This document shows, in pieces, positions 51,933 through 64,000 of a stretch of 64,000 nt of DNA. The stretch lies in assembly GCA_040437565.1 (NCBI GenBank), contig JBDOQK010000027.1, positions 186,001 through 250,000 on the forward strand, read 5' to 3'. How positions within the stretch are numbered: the stretch's first letter is position 1; every line of letters begins with the position of its first letter. The position numbers were made by a program, and so were the translations under genes. The notes under the pieces were generated by a model that was given only the letters and a program-made list of their open reading frames with translations, did no database searches and was not told where the DNA came from. This DNA comes from Albugo candida. Taxonomy: Eukaryota.

Positions 51933-53640
51933 TCACATACTACCACGTGATGCATCCACACGCTCCATAAACTTCTTAAACCAATAATCATCATGCTTTA
52001 CACATAGCGGCTTTCCAGATTCTGCACCTTCTGGACATAAAATTGCGTTGTTCATAAGCGGAGGATATACGACCTCATTTTCTCTTCCAGCCCAATCAAA
52101 ATCAATCAACACAACTCGCTCTGACTTGAAATCCCATAAAACATTTCCTTCGCGAAAAGCTTTATGCATGAATTTCATGTCAAACAAGTGCTTTCGAATT
52201 GTATGCAAGTCTTTAAGAATCTTAGGCTTGTGTTCATTTTCCACGTCGGTAAGAAGTTGTAACTGATGAATTTTTTCCATGACGATGAAATACCACTCAC
52301 TTGGTGATTTCTCACATACAAGCAACTTCGGTGCAAATCCTTTGAGTGCACAAAACTCGTGAACTTCTTTGCAGTATTGGGTCGCAATTTTCACGATAAC
52401 CTGCCGCTCGTTGTTTTTTTTCGCAACGAAAACGTGTGGTGTGATTACGCTATCATATTGGAGGGTGGTGATTGTACCATCTATGTTTGCGATGTTCTTG
52501 TATGGAAAACTCGTCTGATGAAGAGCCATTTTACGAGTTCCCGAATAACACCGATGAAGCTCTTCCAGTCCCATTTCAAAGATCTTAATAGTCTTGCTAG
52601 TCCTCTCCACATTTTTTTAATTAATTTTAAAGAATAATAGGTAAGATAGGGACAATGGCTCGCAGTTAGCAATTTCATCTCCAACATTGACAATACCAAA
52701 CACACTTAGCACGGATTCACATATATCCACCAAGAAGGATGGAAGTTGACATTGAATGTTCTTTGGTAAATTGATATTGTAATGAGCGACATCTTCATAG
52801 TCGGAACACCTAGAGCTGCTTCTTTCTCAAGTGTGCCCTCCAGATTCAACAGCAGGTGCTCACCACACATACAAGACTCACCTGTTGCCGAGTGGTCTGT
52901 CAAAGTTGTTACCATGGCGCTATCATCATATTCCAAGAGATAATCTTTTAGTAACTTTCTTACCATAACGCTAGATTCCGCTCCATTTGTATATGGAGTA
53001 GAAAGTTCTTGACACAATTCAAGCACAAAATTATAATTCCGTCCGTCAATTTTGATTTGCTGGCAGTTATAATAAAATCGAGCAACTTATTCATCAAGCA
53101 GGACAATTGAAAGCACGTCCTTTAGTGGTCTGGATCAACCAATCGATGGCATTCAATTTGGCCAGAATACTTTCTTAAAGTAGCTAGCCATCCGTGACAA
53201 CCATCGCGATTCCCGATAGAGATGGAATGACGTCCTCCTTTAAGTCACTTAGATTTCTTTTACGGGGCGTAAGTCACGCATCATGCGCATCATGTGGGGT
53301 CAGTTTCACCAGAAGATAAATGACTCGATGAATAGCATTTATTCCATGAAATACATCTATGATAGGTTCCACTGGTGGAAGCTCTTCGTCGCTTAAAAGC
53401 TCTGGTACATGCTGTGTATCACCACTTCTCAACAACCTGCAATTTTTAGAAGCGTAAGCAAGCCATATGCCGTTTCTTTTCGTAAGGTACAGCTCCAGTT
53501 GAGGTGCACTAAACATTATCTCGTCGGAGATCTCATTTTTAATCATCTTTAAGGTAACGACTATTTCACGGTCATCAACTTCCACTGGAAACGCGTCCCC
53601 CACGACTCCAACCAACATGCAGTATAGCTTTATCGCAATT
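51933..53640 (-). pseudogene. Crinkler (CRN) pseudogene with C-terminal kinase-like domain
   Basis: IKLYCMLVGVVGDAFPVEV..LELYLTKRNGIWL (LxLYLAK-like) and VIYLLVK (HVLV-like). Kinase-like VIVKI..FAPKLL..IVMEKI..HKAFREGNVL..VLIDFDWAG. No intact ATG; frameshifts. Confidence 0.85.
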
Positions 53641-53741
53641 CTTCGAACGGAAAAATTAGTAATCAGTCAAAAATGCAGTAGCAATTCAGCATGTCCGATT
53701 ACGAATTTTTTCACTGTATACATAAATAAGCATATCTATAT

Positions 53742-54576
53742 GGCCGTCGCTATGGCCACATACATTAATACTACGGCCACAGAAAATCGATCTAACCAAT
53801 CACAGCTCACAAAATTTAATTGTTGCCAAGTACGCCAGCCAATCAGGGCACTTGTCTACTTTATATACGAGCTCATTCTGTTTCTTACACTGTTTTTGTT
53901 TATATTGTTCTAGCGTAAGTACGGGCTTTTTCTGTCATCTATATATGCTAGGTTAGTAGTAGATACTCTAAGGTGTAGGATGTTGGAAAGGTGGCTGCTG
54001 CTGTTGAGAATCTTCAATGGGATGACGTTCGATTGTTGCGAGATATTGACTTCGGCTCTGTGCTGTATTATGAGTAGATTGTTAATGTGAACGTTGAATT
54101 CCTCGGTGAACTCAAACAACCATGATGCGTGGCTTTAACTGTCGATTCCTGTCCAACACCTTTGGAAGGACAGTCAATGAGTGCACTGCCTTTCGTCTTC
54201 CGAACTCTTGTTTCTTGGACAAGTCCGTGACGATTTCGATCTACGCCTCCACGATCGCATTTGTAGTGAGCAACTTGTCGTCCATCTCGTTGCTTGTTTG
54301 AGGAGTTGGTGACGATTCCAATCCATTGCAGCAGCTACCACATTCATATGTTCTTCCTTGGTCTTCCGCGCGGTGAATTGTTCGTTCTGCTTCTTCTCCA
54401 TGCCAATGCTTTCTGAGCGGATATCTAGCCCGATTCGTGAATGAGTTCTTGTATAAAAGTAGACAAGTGCCCTGATTGGCTGGCATACTTAGCAACAATT
54501 TGATTTTGTGAGCTATGATTGGTTAGATCGATTTTCTGTGGCCGTAGTATTAACGTCTGTGGTCGTAGCGGCGGCC
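53742..54576. mobile_element. Non-autonomous MULE with long TIRs
   Basis: TIRs of about 140 bp starting GGCCG. Exact 9-bp TSD TATCTATAT (53733-53741 and 54577-54585). Confidence 0.88.
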
Positions 54577-54949
54577 TATCTATATACATGCAAAAGGCAC
54601 AGACAGTGATAAAATGTCTCCGCTAGTCCGTATCCTATTGACACCAAATGCATCGAGTATTATGCAATGCTTAATACAAAGTATTTTGGCAAACTGGAAG
54701 GTCTGCACGATGTTAACACTAGAGTAGAATGGGGAATAAATGTATTAAATGTAGTTAGAAGGAGCCCCTAATTACGCACACTGCGACCCTTCACACTAAT
54801 CAAGTTTTTCTCCCGCGGCTCGCCGCAGTCGATCTGGTTCGTTCTGGAAAATCTTCACGGTATTAACAGTCACTGTCTCTTCACGGCGACGGTTACTGTG
54901 CACTCGATGCACATAATCTTCCAACAAAGTCCGCAAACATTCGAGAGGT

Positions 54950-56078
54950 GCCTGCTGATCGACAAAGTTGCCACAACGATGTATCCGTTTCTGCCGCACA
55001 TATTTACGCTGCAGCTTATGTAAATTAAACTCACATTAGGCTTTGCGGCATTTGATTGAGCCAGGTTTTCGAAGAAGACATAACTAGCGCATTCAAACGC
55101 AGGTATTCGAGTCCCCAGATATTTGTAGACAACGCCGGAACTTCAGCCTACAGCGATTGAGGTTGAGGAGGCAATCGTGATGATCAAATGGTCGACGTGC
55201 AACACCGGGCATTATGGTAGTGGTAAACGGCACTCTTGTCGTATACAAATCCCAATTGACAAAACCATTGCGCTTAGCTCAGTTGAAGATAACTACATGG
55301 CCATGGCCATGGCCATGCTTGTGCAAGAAAGGATATGGGTGATGCAGCTATTGCAAATAATGGGTCATCCGTTCGACAGACCTATTCAACAGTTTGTAGA
55401 TAACCATAGAGCAATCGCGATTGCAATAAAAAAACGATGGTTATCATAGCCNNNNNNNNNNNNNNNNNNNNNNNNNNNNNNNNNNNNNNNNNNNNNNNNN
55501 NNNNNNNNNNNNNNNNNNNNNNNNNNNNNNNNNNNNNNNNNNNNNNNNNNNCATGGCCATGGCCATGGCCATGCTTGTGCAAGAAAGGATATGGGTGATG
55601 CAGCTATTGCAAATAATGGGTCATCCGTTCGACAGACCTATTCAACAGTTTGTAGATAACCATAGAGCAATCGCGATTGCAATAAAAAAACGATGGTTAT
55701 CATAGCCGAGCAAATCATGTCGAGATCCCGTATCATTCATTCGCTAGAAGATCAGAGCTGGACTTATCGAAGGACTACATCTCAACGAAACTACAACTTA
55801 CCGACTTTTTGACAAAATCAATTTCGACAAAAACATTCGAGCACCTATTGAATTTAGTGGAATCTGTTGAAGTATGCTGCGGGGTAGTGTTGGATGGCAG
55901 CAACCTAACGGATGTTCAGATAACATGCGAATACTTTGTAATTGCTCAGCAAAATAGCGTTTGAGTGGAATACGGGCCAGAATTAACGTACTTCCGCATA
56001 TAGTTCCCTCGCGTGGAAGTAGGAGAAGGGTCAACAACTTATAGCACAAATATGCGCAATCAACTGATTCGTCCAACA
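54950..56078 (+). mobile_element. Copia RT/RNase H remnant with 3' LTR
   Basis: IALSSVEDNY, VDNHRAIAIA and QLTDFLTK-like segments. Purine tract then TGTTGG...TCCAACA at about 55889-56078. Confidence 0.65.
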
Positions 56079-59000
56079 TATGCCCACTCCATACCATCAC
56101 ACGATAAATAGTAACAATTGGTTGTGTCATAGCTCTGCATCTTTGCGAGCAAAATGCAGCCCGTCAACCCGTCTCCTTTATAACATATGAGCCCAATACG
56201 ACGAGAAATGTTGATATACTCTCTACCAACTACCTCATCTTTATTCATTTCATCTCAAATACAAACATTCCAATGCCGTCCAAATTGATTCAATCTGCAA
56301 TTGTGACCACCACTAATATCCGACACGCATTTAAAGTATTGGAAAATGCGATACACAACGGTCATCATTCAAATCGTCGCTGCTGATAATTCAAAATTAT
56401 CAAGAATGTTTTACAAATAAACCTCGTAACAAAGTAGTACAATGTACATTCGACGTAAATCCACATCGTTTTCGTCGAAAGGGGGATTCACGTGTTGTGG
56501 ATTTTAGCAGTGTGTTTCTACTCGTCGACAAAAGCCTAATCTGAATAAAATTCAGGTGACTATCTCCTTAACATTTGGAGTTGTAGTGGCAACCAAGGTC
56601 CTCAATTGAGAGCGAAAAACTGGGAAGGCTGCCATGCTAATTGCACGATCGATATAGACTGTATATATGACAAGTCGCAAACATGGGATAATAAATACCG
56701 AATCAAGTCATCACTTTTTGGGTCACGCGTATTGAAGGAGATTCTATCGATATTTAAGGTCTGGTGACTTGTGTTTTTTGCTTTTCGCTTCAAAGTTTAT
56801 TACGGTTGAAGGCGTCGATTGGTTTTATACGGCTATGATATCGCTTTCGATCAAGAATCTAGGACCAGTTTCAAAACATTTTGGTATTCGAGTGAAGGCG
56901 CTCGACACATGCGCGTACGTTCTGGACCAGGGGAGGCAATTGATGAGCTACTTCGGGATGATGGGCTAGTTTTGGCTCATTCTTTATGTACACCAATCAG
57001 CGGCGGCTGCTACAACGAAGCTGGATCGAGCAGCGTCCTTCTTAAGAAGATTGAAGAGCTCGGAAAAACAACAATCAAGTCGTTTCAGTCCCTTGTTGGT
57101 AGCCCACTGTGGGTCGCGCGATGTACTCGGCCTGATATCACGTTGCGGTGCACAAGGCAACACGTCAAACACATGAGCCGAAGGAACAAGATTCGAAACT
57201 GGCAAAGAGAATTGCCCGATACCTCGCTGGGAGCAAGACATGCGACTCGAGATGCGCACTGATGCAAAGAACAAAGGTGAAGTTACTCTGGAATTCTACA
57301 GCGATGCGGACATGGCTGCAGACAAGAGCGACAGGAAGTCTTTAACTGATGCTATGTTGATGCTTAATAGAATGCCCGTGAGTTGGGCTGCGAAGAAACA
57401 AGGAGGAATTTCGCTCTCGACAATGGAAGCTGAGTTTGTAGCAGCGTCAGAAACGGCTCGCGAGCTCCTTGGAGTCCCGGAGATGCTAATAATAGTTGGA
57501 CTGGCGCCGATTCTACCCATGCGGATGCATGTAGATAATCAAGCGGCTATTCGTCAGATCGAATGGGAGGCTTCTTCCTTGAGGGATAAGCAATTGATGT
57601 GCGCCACAAGTTTACTAGGAACTTTGTTCATCGAGGCCTGCTTGAGCCACGCTGCGTCCAGGCCGAGCTCATGCTCGAGGACCTANNNNNNNNNNNNNNN
57701 NNNNNNNNNNNNNNNNNNNNNNNNNNNNNNNNNNNNNNNNNNNNNNNNNNNNNNNNNNNNNNNNNNNNNNNNNNNNNNNNNNNNNTATGCCCACTCCATA
57801 CCATCACACGATAAATAGTAACAATTGGTTGTGTCATAGCTCTGCATCTTTATCTCGCAAAATGCAGCCCGTCAACCCGTCTCCTTTATAACATATGAGC
57901 CCAATACGACGAGAAATGTTGATATACTCTCTACCAACTACCTCATCTTTATTCATTTCATCTCAAATACAAACATTCCAATGCCGTCCAAATTGATTCA
58001 ATCTGCAATTGTGACCACCACTAATATCCGACACGCATTTAAAGTATTGGAAAATGCGATACACAACGGTCATCATTCAAATCGTCGCTGCTGATAATTC
58101 AAAATTATCAAGAATGTTTTACAAATAAACCTCGTAACAAAGTAGTACAATGTACATTCGACGTAAATCCACATCGTTTTCGTCGAAAGGGGGATTCACG
58201 TGTTGTGGATTTTAGCAGTGTGTTTCTACTCGTCGACAAAAGCCTAATCTGAATAAAATTCAGGTGACTATCTCCTTAACATTTGGAGTTGTAGTGGCAA
58301 CCAAGGTCCTCAATTGAGAGCGAAAAACTGGGAAGGCTGCCATGCTAATTGCACGATCGATATAGACTGTATATATGACAAGTCGCAAACATGGGATAAT
58401 AAATACCGAATCAAGTCATCACTTTTTGGGTCACGCGTATTGAAGGAGATTCTATCGATATTTAAGGTCTGGTGACTTGTGTTTTTTGCTTTTCGCTTCA
58501 AAGTTTATTACGGTTGAAGGCGTCGATTGGTTTTATACGGCTATGATATCGCTTTCGATCAAGAATCTAGGACCAGTTTCAAAACATTTTGGTATTCGAG
58601 TGAAGGCGCTCGACACATGCGCGTACGTTCTGGACCAGGGGAGGCAATTGATGAGCTACTTCGGGATGATGGGCTAGTTTTGGCTCATTCTTTATGTACA
58701 CCAATCAGCGGCGGCTGCTACAACGAAGCTGGATCGAGCAGCGTCCTTCTTAAGAAGATTGAAGAGCTCGGAAAAACAACAATCAAGTCGTTTCAGTCCC
58801 TTGTTGGTAGCCCACTGTGGGTCGCGCGATGTACTCGGCCTGATATCACGTTGCGGTGCACAAGGCAACACGTCAAACACATGAGCCGAAGGAACAAGAT
58901 TCGAAACTGGCAAAGAGAATTGCCCGATACCTCGCTGGGAGCAAGACATGCGACTCGAGATGCGCACTGATGCAAAGAACAAAGGTGAAGTTACTCTGGA

Positions 59001-59393
59001 ATTCTACAGCGATGCGGACATGGCTGCAGACAAGAGCGACAGGAAGTCTTTAACTGATGCTATGTTGATGCTTAATAGAATGCCCGTGAGTTGGGCTGCG
59101 AAGAAACAAGGAGGAATTTCGCTCTCGACAATGGAAGCTGAGTTTGTAGCAGCGTCAGAAACGGCTCGCGAGCTCCTTGGAGTCCCGGAGATGCTAATAA
59201 TAGTTGGACTGGCGCCGATTCTACCCATGCGGATGCATGTAGATAATCAAGCGGCTATTCGTCAGATCGAATGGGAGGCTTCTTCCTTGAGGGATAAGCA
59301 ATTGATGTGCGCCACAAGTTTACTAGGAACTTTGTTCATCGAGGCCTGCTTGAGCCACGCTGCGTCCAGGCCGAGCTCATGCTCGAGGACCTA
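56079..59393. repeat. 1.6-kb duplication across the 57686-57785 gap
   Basis: 56079-57685 recurs at 57786-59393 with identical ORF translations. One local difference (TTTGCGAGC vs TTTATCTCGC). Confidence 0.9.
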
Positions 59394-59700
59394 TTGACGA
59401 AAGCAGTAGACAAGCACAAGCTCGCCAAGCTGCGACCGCTAGTGGGTTTACACTAGCTAAGATGCTGATGATGCGATCGCGAGGAGGAGTGTTGAAGAAG
59501 GGTGTGTTGTTGTCAAGATACGCTATCGCACGATGCATGTTGGTAACGGCACAGTATTACTGACGCGCGGCCAGGCGATTTCTAAGGTGCGACTATACGA
59601 TTAGTAATGCGCGGTACGGAAAACTATCAAGGTATAGTCGAAAAAATCAAGAGGCTTAGAGTAGCAAGAGAGTTTGCGAACTAGGGACCTAATTATATTT
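58480..59700 (+). mobile_element. Copia RT/RNase H remnant with start of 3' LTR
   Basis: FQSLVGSPLWVARCTRPDI, YSDADMAADKSDRKS and LSTMEAEFVA. PPT GAGGAGGAG followed by TGTTGAAG at about 59490. Confidence 0.8.
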
Positions 59701-62700
59701 TGTTGAGCCCTGGTGCTGTTACGACAGAAACGACACAGGGAAGAGAACTAGAACACGGTCTTTAGTTTCCAATAGAAAAGTGGTATATTGATTTATTATT
59801 ATTGTTCAGCTGAATACGAAACGCCTCGCTACAATACAAAAATGCTATGTAGTCCACGCATTTCCATGTGGCTTCGTCATCATTTCTTCAACATGTTTTA
59901 CTTTCAACACTTCTCCATCGGAGACTTCATTCATTTTTGTCTCGCTGGCGTTATCATTCAGCCCAACCAAGACCTTGAGCTCCTCCAGTCTAGGTGCTGG
60001 AACCGTTTTCGTCATAAGATCCGCAGGCATCCTGCGATTTTCCAGGTAGGTGGGCATCTCAATAATCCATTCTTTGCGTGTGAGCTCACGAATTTGAATC
60101 TCACATCTACGTGCTTCGATTTGACAGTAGATCCATCTCCTCCAAGCTGCTTAAGCGCTTCCTGATTATCCACATATAGTATCATAGGTTCGTTGCACTC
60201 TACTCAAAATTCACCAAGCAACTCACGTAGTCCAAGCATTTACACTACTACCACTACACGCAGCCGTAAGTTCTGCCCCATTTTCTACAATGAGATGCCA
60301 CCTTTTCTTTTAGCCAGTAAAGTCACAGGCATTCCGTCCACATTAATCCACCCTCCAGTAATTGATTTTCTGTCCGCCTTGTTAGCAGCAAAATCAGCGT
60401 CGCTGTAACCTATGATGGTTACAAGTTGCTGAGCAATATTGTCCTGCCGCATTTGTAGACGTAGTGTCTTAGTTTCTTGCAGATATCTTGCAATTCTTCT
60501 GGGCCAGCTTCCAGTCACCTATTGTTGGTGAGTGTGTGCGCCTAGAGACTCGATGTACTGCATACGATATATCAGGTCTGCTATAGCGTGACAACCATAG
60601 TAAGCTGCCCACTAAAAATTGAAAATTCTTAATCGCTATTTTCCCGTCTTTGCAAATGTCCGGCAAATTTTCATCGGTCTCATCAACTTCATTTGCTTCC
60701 TCACCGATTGGTGTAGGAACACCGCGTGCATCTTCCAGTCCGTTGTCCTTCAACATTTTTCGGATGGTCACTTCTTGGTCTATATCGTACCCATTTTCTT
60801 ACGTATAATTGATACGCATCCCTAAGAACTTTTGCACCTTTCCAAGATTTTTAACTGACAGATCTTGCAATTGATCGAAGAAGGTATTCACAAGTGACGA
60901 TTTCGTCGCTGTTACCAGTAGATCGTCAACATAGACATCAACCACAATAATATCTCTCTCCACGTGCTTTCGGTACACGCATATATCGGTTAGGCACTGT
61001 GAAAATCCCAAACTTTTCAACTTCTTATGGAGTCATTCGCTCCACAACCGCCCCGCTTGTTTTAACCCAAACAAGGCCTTCTTTAGTGCCAATGCGAGCT
61101 CACTCACACGATTTGTCTCTAACTGAGCAATAACATCTTTTCCAATATCCATTTCCTTTGGAATACGCAAGTAAATGCTCAAATCCGATTCTTTCTCGGC
61201 CTTAACGTATGCATTTGGAATGTCGCCAGGTTTGGCTGGCACACGCCACTTCGAGAGAGTGCCAATATTAGCTTGACGCTTGACATGTCCATGACCGCCG
61301 CAAAAGTAATGTTTTAATCTCGACCAAACACTTGCTCATTTCCACAGGCCACCAACCGGGCCTTAAATCGCTCGAAATTACCGTTCGCGTCTCTTTTTTT
61401 GTAAGCCCACTTTGTATGCAGGCTTTTTGCACCGTCCGGTAAACGAACTACATTCCAGACACCGTTTTGTTCTAGTGCACTAAGCTCTTCCCGCATCGCC
61501 ACCTTCCACTGTTACTTTTGAGTACTACGCATCGCTTGACCAAAGTTTTGTGGATGTGTATCCCGCATGAGGTTAACACTACCTGCTCCAATATCTCCAC
61601 TTAATATCTTCGTACTCCGCACATTTTCTTTAGTTGAATTTGAGCGCGTTACCGGTTTCTCTCTTGTCCAGATCGCTTTATTTTTTTTGTCTCGCAGTAA
61701 ATTCTGATTTATTTGCTTGTCCTGCTGTTTGTTGCCAAGAGTCTCGATGTTTTTCACGTGTTGCGTAGTGGTCACTACGCATTCATTCGGCAAATAAACG
61801 CGTTATCCTTTAGTCGTATCTCCAATTCCAATGATTACACCACGCTGGCACCGTTGCGCAAAAGGTTTCTTCCGTGGGTCACTAAAAACCGTGCACGGGG
61901 ATCCAAAAGTAACAATCTCGCCGAGTGTAGGTGTGGCATTCCTCAGAAATTGTAATGGTGAAACTCTGCCAGTTTTCACATTTGTGGGTGGGCGGTTTAT
62001 AATGTATGCCGCGTATTGAATTGCGTCTTCCCAAAATTGGAATGGCAATCCACACGCAAAAATTTTGCACCTGGCCATTATAATAACGGTTCGATGCATT
62101 CTTTCAGACTTTCCGTTGCTTGCCTGATTCCTCGCCTTGCTGCGTTGCCTGGCCACACTGCAGAACAAATCAACGTTCTCATATTCTCCACCCGAATCGG
62201 TTCGTAAAACATGAATTTTACAATCGAATCGTTTCTCAAAATAAACCAAAAAAATCAAAAAAAAATTCGCTGCGGCATCTTTTGTCTTGGCTAAGAAAAC
62301 CTGGACGCAATTACTTTTGTAATCCACAAAAATTACCATGTACAGGTTTCCAAGTCGATCTCTCGGTGTAAGTGGGCCCTTTAAGTCAGAGCAACGACTC
62401 CATCAATGCTTTCAATTGGAGAGCGCTCACTGAATCAACTTTGGCCTGTCGATTTCTGCTCTGCTTTCCTTGAGCACAGGTCAAACAGTTTTCACGACTG
62501 TGATCCGTAAGCATGATTCCAGACGCAGAGTCCTTGGTTAATCGTTCGATAGCATCGTAATTAAGGTGTCCCAATCTTCTGTGAAACTCCATTAGTGATC
62601 CCTTTTGAACTGCACTCGAAAAATTATTTGGATATTCGAAATTTCCATCAACGGTCGCCAAAATGACGTCACGAACTTGAGAAACTTTTCGGTGAATTTT

Positions 62701-63925
62701 GGCCTTCACAACGAGTACATTTTTCATCAGGTCGACATCAAAAGCAACATTTTTGCCATCAGTGCTTGCGAGGACACATTTTCCGGAATGTTTCATTCAC
62801 GAGTACCCTTTCTCGTCTAAAATTCCATACATGATAAAATTTTGCGTTGAGCCTTTGGCGTAATCAACGTTCGTGAGCTTCACAATCTTCTGTTCTCCCA
62901 ACGCCATCACAGCCAGCATCACAGATCCTTTTTTGCTGATTTGTAAAGGCTTTCCATCTGACTGAACGCAAGTGCCGTCAGCATCTTCCAAGTCGTCTAG
63001 CCATGTTTTATCTCCAATCAGGTGTAGGCGACTAGAACCACTGTCTAAAATCCAGATTTGCTCATCACAGCTCGTACGTCCGGAATAGCCAGAGTGAGGT
63101 CCGCTTCATCCTTTTCTCGTTGATACGCTTTTGGACATTTAGCTTTCAAGTGACCCATTTCTCCGCAGATATGACATCGTCTCGTATCTTGAAACCGACG
63201 GTCTTGAATTGCGCTAACAACTTCCCTTCCCGTTCGTTTATTAACTACGCCTGACTCCCACGCTTGAGCAAAGTGTGTCAGCTCTTCCGCTTGCTGAATG
63301 TAGTCTGTTCTGCGATCATCCACCTTCGCCATTAACACGATTCTCATCTCTTGAGAAGCATATTGAACNNNNNNNNNNNNNNNNNNNNNNNNNNNNNNNN
63401 NNNNNNNNNNNNNNNNNNNNNNNNNNNNNNNNNNNNNNNNNNNNNNNNNNNNNNNNNNNNNNNNNNNNATTCTTCTAGACGATCCAAACGACCAACCAGC
63501 CCACGCATGAGCTGCAACAATTCGTCTTTGTCTTGTTTATCACCCCTATTCCTCTCCTGAAGTGTTTGGTTTGTACGCCAACATCCACCGCCGTGCTTTT
63601 TTCTTCTAGTACGTCTACTACCCTGGCTCTCTCGTGGCCAGGAGTAGTCACTGGTGACGAGGCATTATTCTCGTCAACCTCATAGCCATGAACAAAGTCC
63701 GCCATGGGGCTCATAACCTGTTAAACCCTGGTGCTGTTATGATAGACACGACACAGGAGAGCGAACTAGAACACGCTCTTTAGTTTCCAATCGAAAAGTG
63801 GTATTGATTTATCACTATTCTTCAGCTAAATACGAAACGCCTCGCTACAATACAAAAATGTTATGTAGTCCACGCATTTCCACATAGCTTCGTCATCATT
63901 TCTTCAACATATTCTACTTTCAACA
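59701..63925 (-). mobile_element. Full-length decayed Copia LTR retrotransposon
   Basis: LTRs at 59701-59909 and 63719-63925. PBS GGTTATGAGCCC. Gag knuckle CHICGEMGHLKAKC, protease WILDSGSS, integrase, RT (FKARLVACG, YVDDLL) and RNase H (YSDADFAA). Confidence 0.92.
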
Positions 63926-64000
63926 TATCGAGTATTCAATTTGCCACTTGCTGAGTACTACGCATCTTCTAATAGAATGTAGCCTTCGAAATCGCTGAAG

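Overview
Eukaryotic, oomycete-like draft-assembly window; Albugo-like by inference from short introns, tight gene packing and an LYLxK-type Crinkler remnant. It contains 14 spacers of 100 N, most flanked by duplicated sequence. Bases 1-36.2 kb are gene-dense: astacin-like peptidase 3' end, SLC35/TPT transporter, IQ/WW/B-box protein, PRMT3-like, Rab8-like, Kv channel, CLC channel, DUF445 protein, two tandem GH5 glucanases, coiled-coil protein, RidA-family protein, NT5C-like/Alba fusion, PX-domain protein, RING protein, POLD2 and CLN3/BTN1. Bases 37.3-64 kb are nested, decayed Copia, Gypsy and Mutator-like elements plus a CRN-kinase pseudogene. The most notable signal is a 467-nt intron in the PX gene. 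It appears to host a box C/D guide RNA with 12-nt complementarity to conserved U2 snRNA (predicted target G25), followed by an H/ACA-like RNA. Other leads are PX-LAMTOR1-like and pseudo-HAD-Alba fusions and a GH5 paralog whose catalytic acid/base Glu is replaced by Ala. All family calls come from motif recognition by eye; no searches were run.
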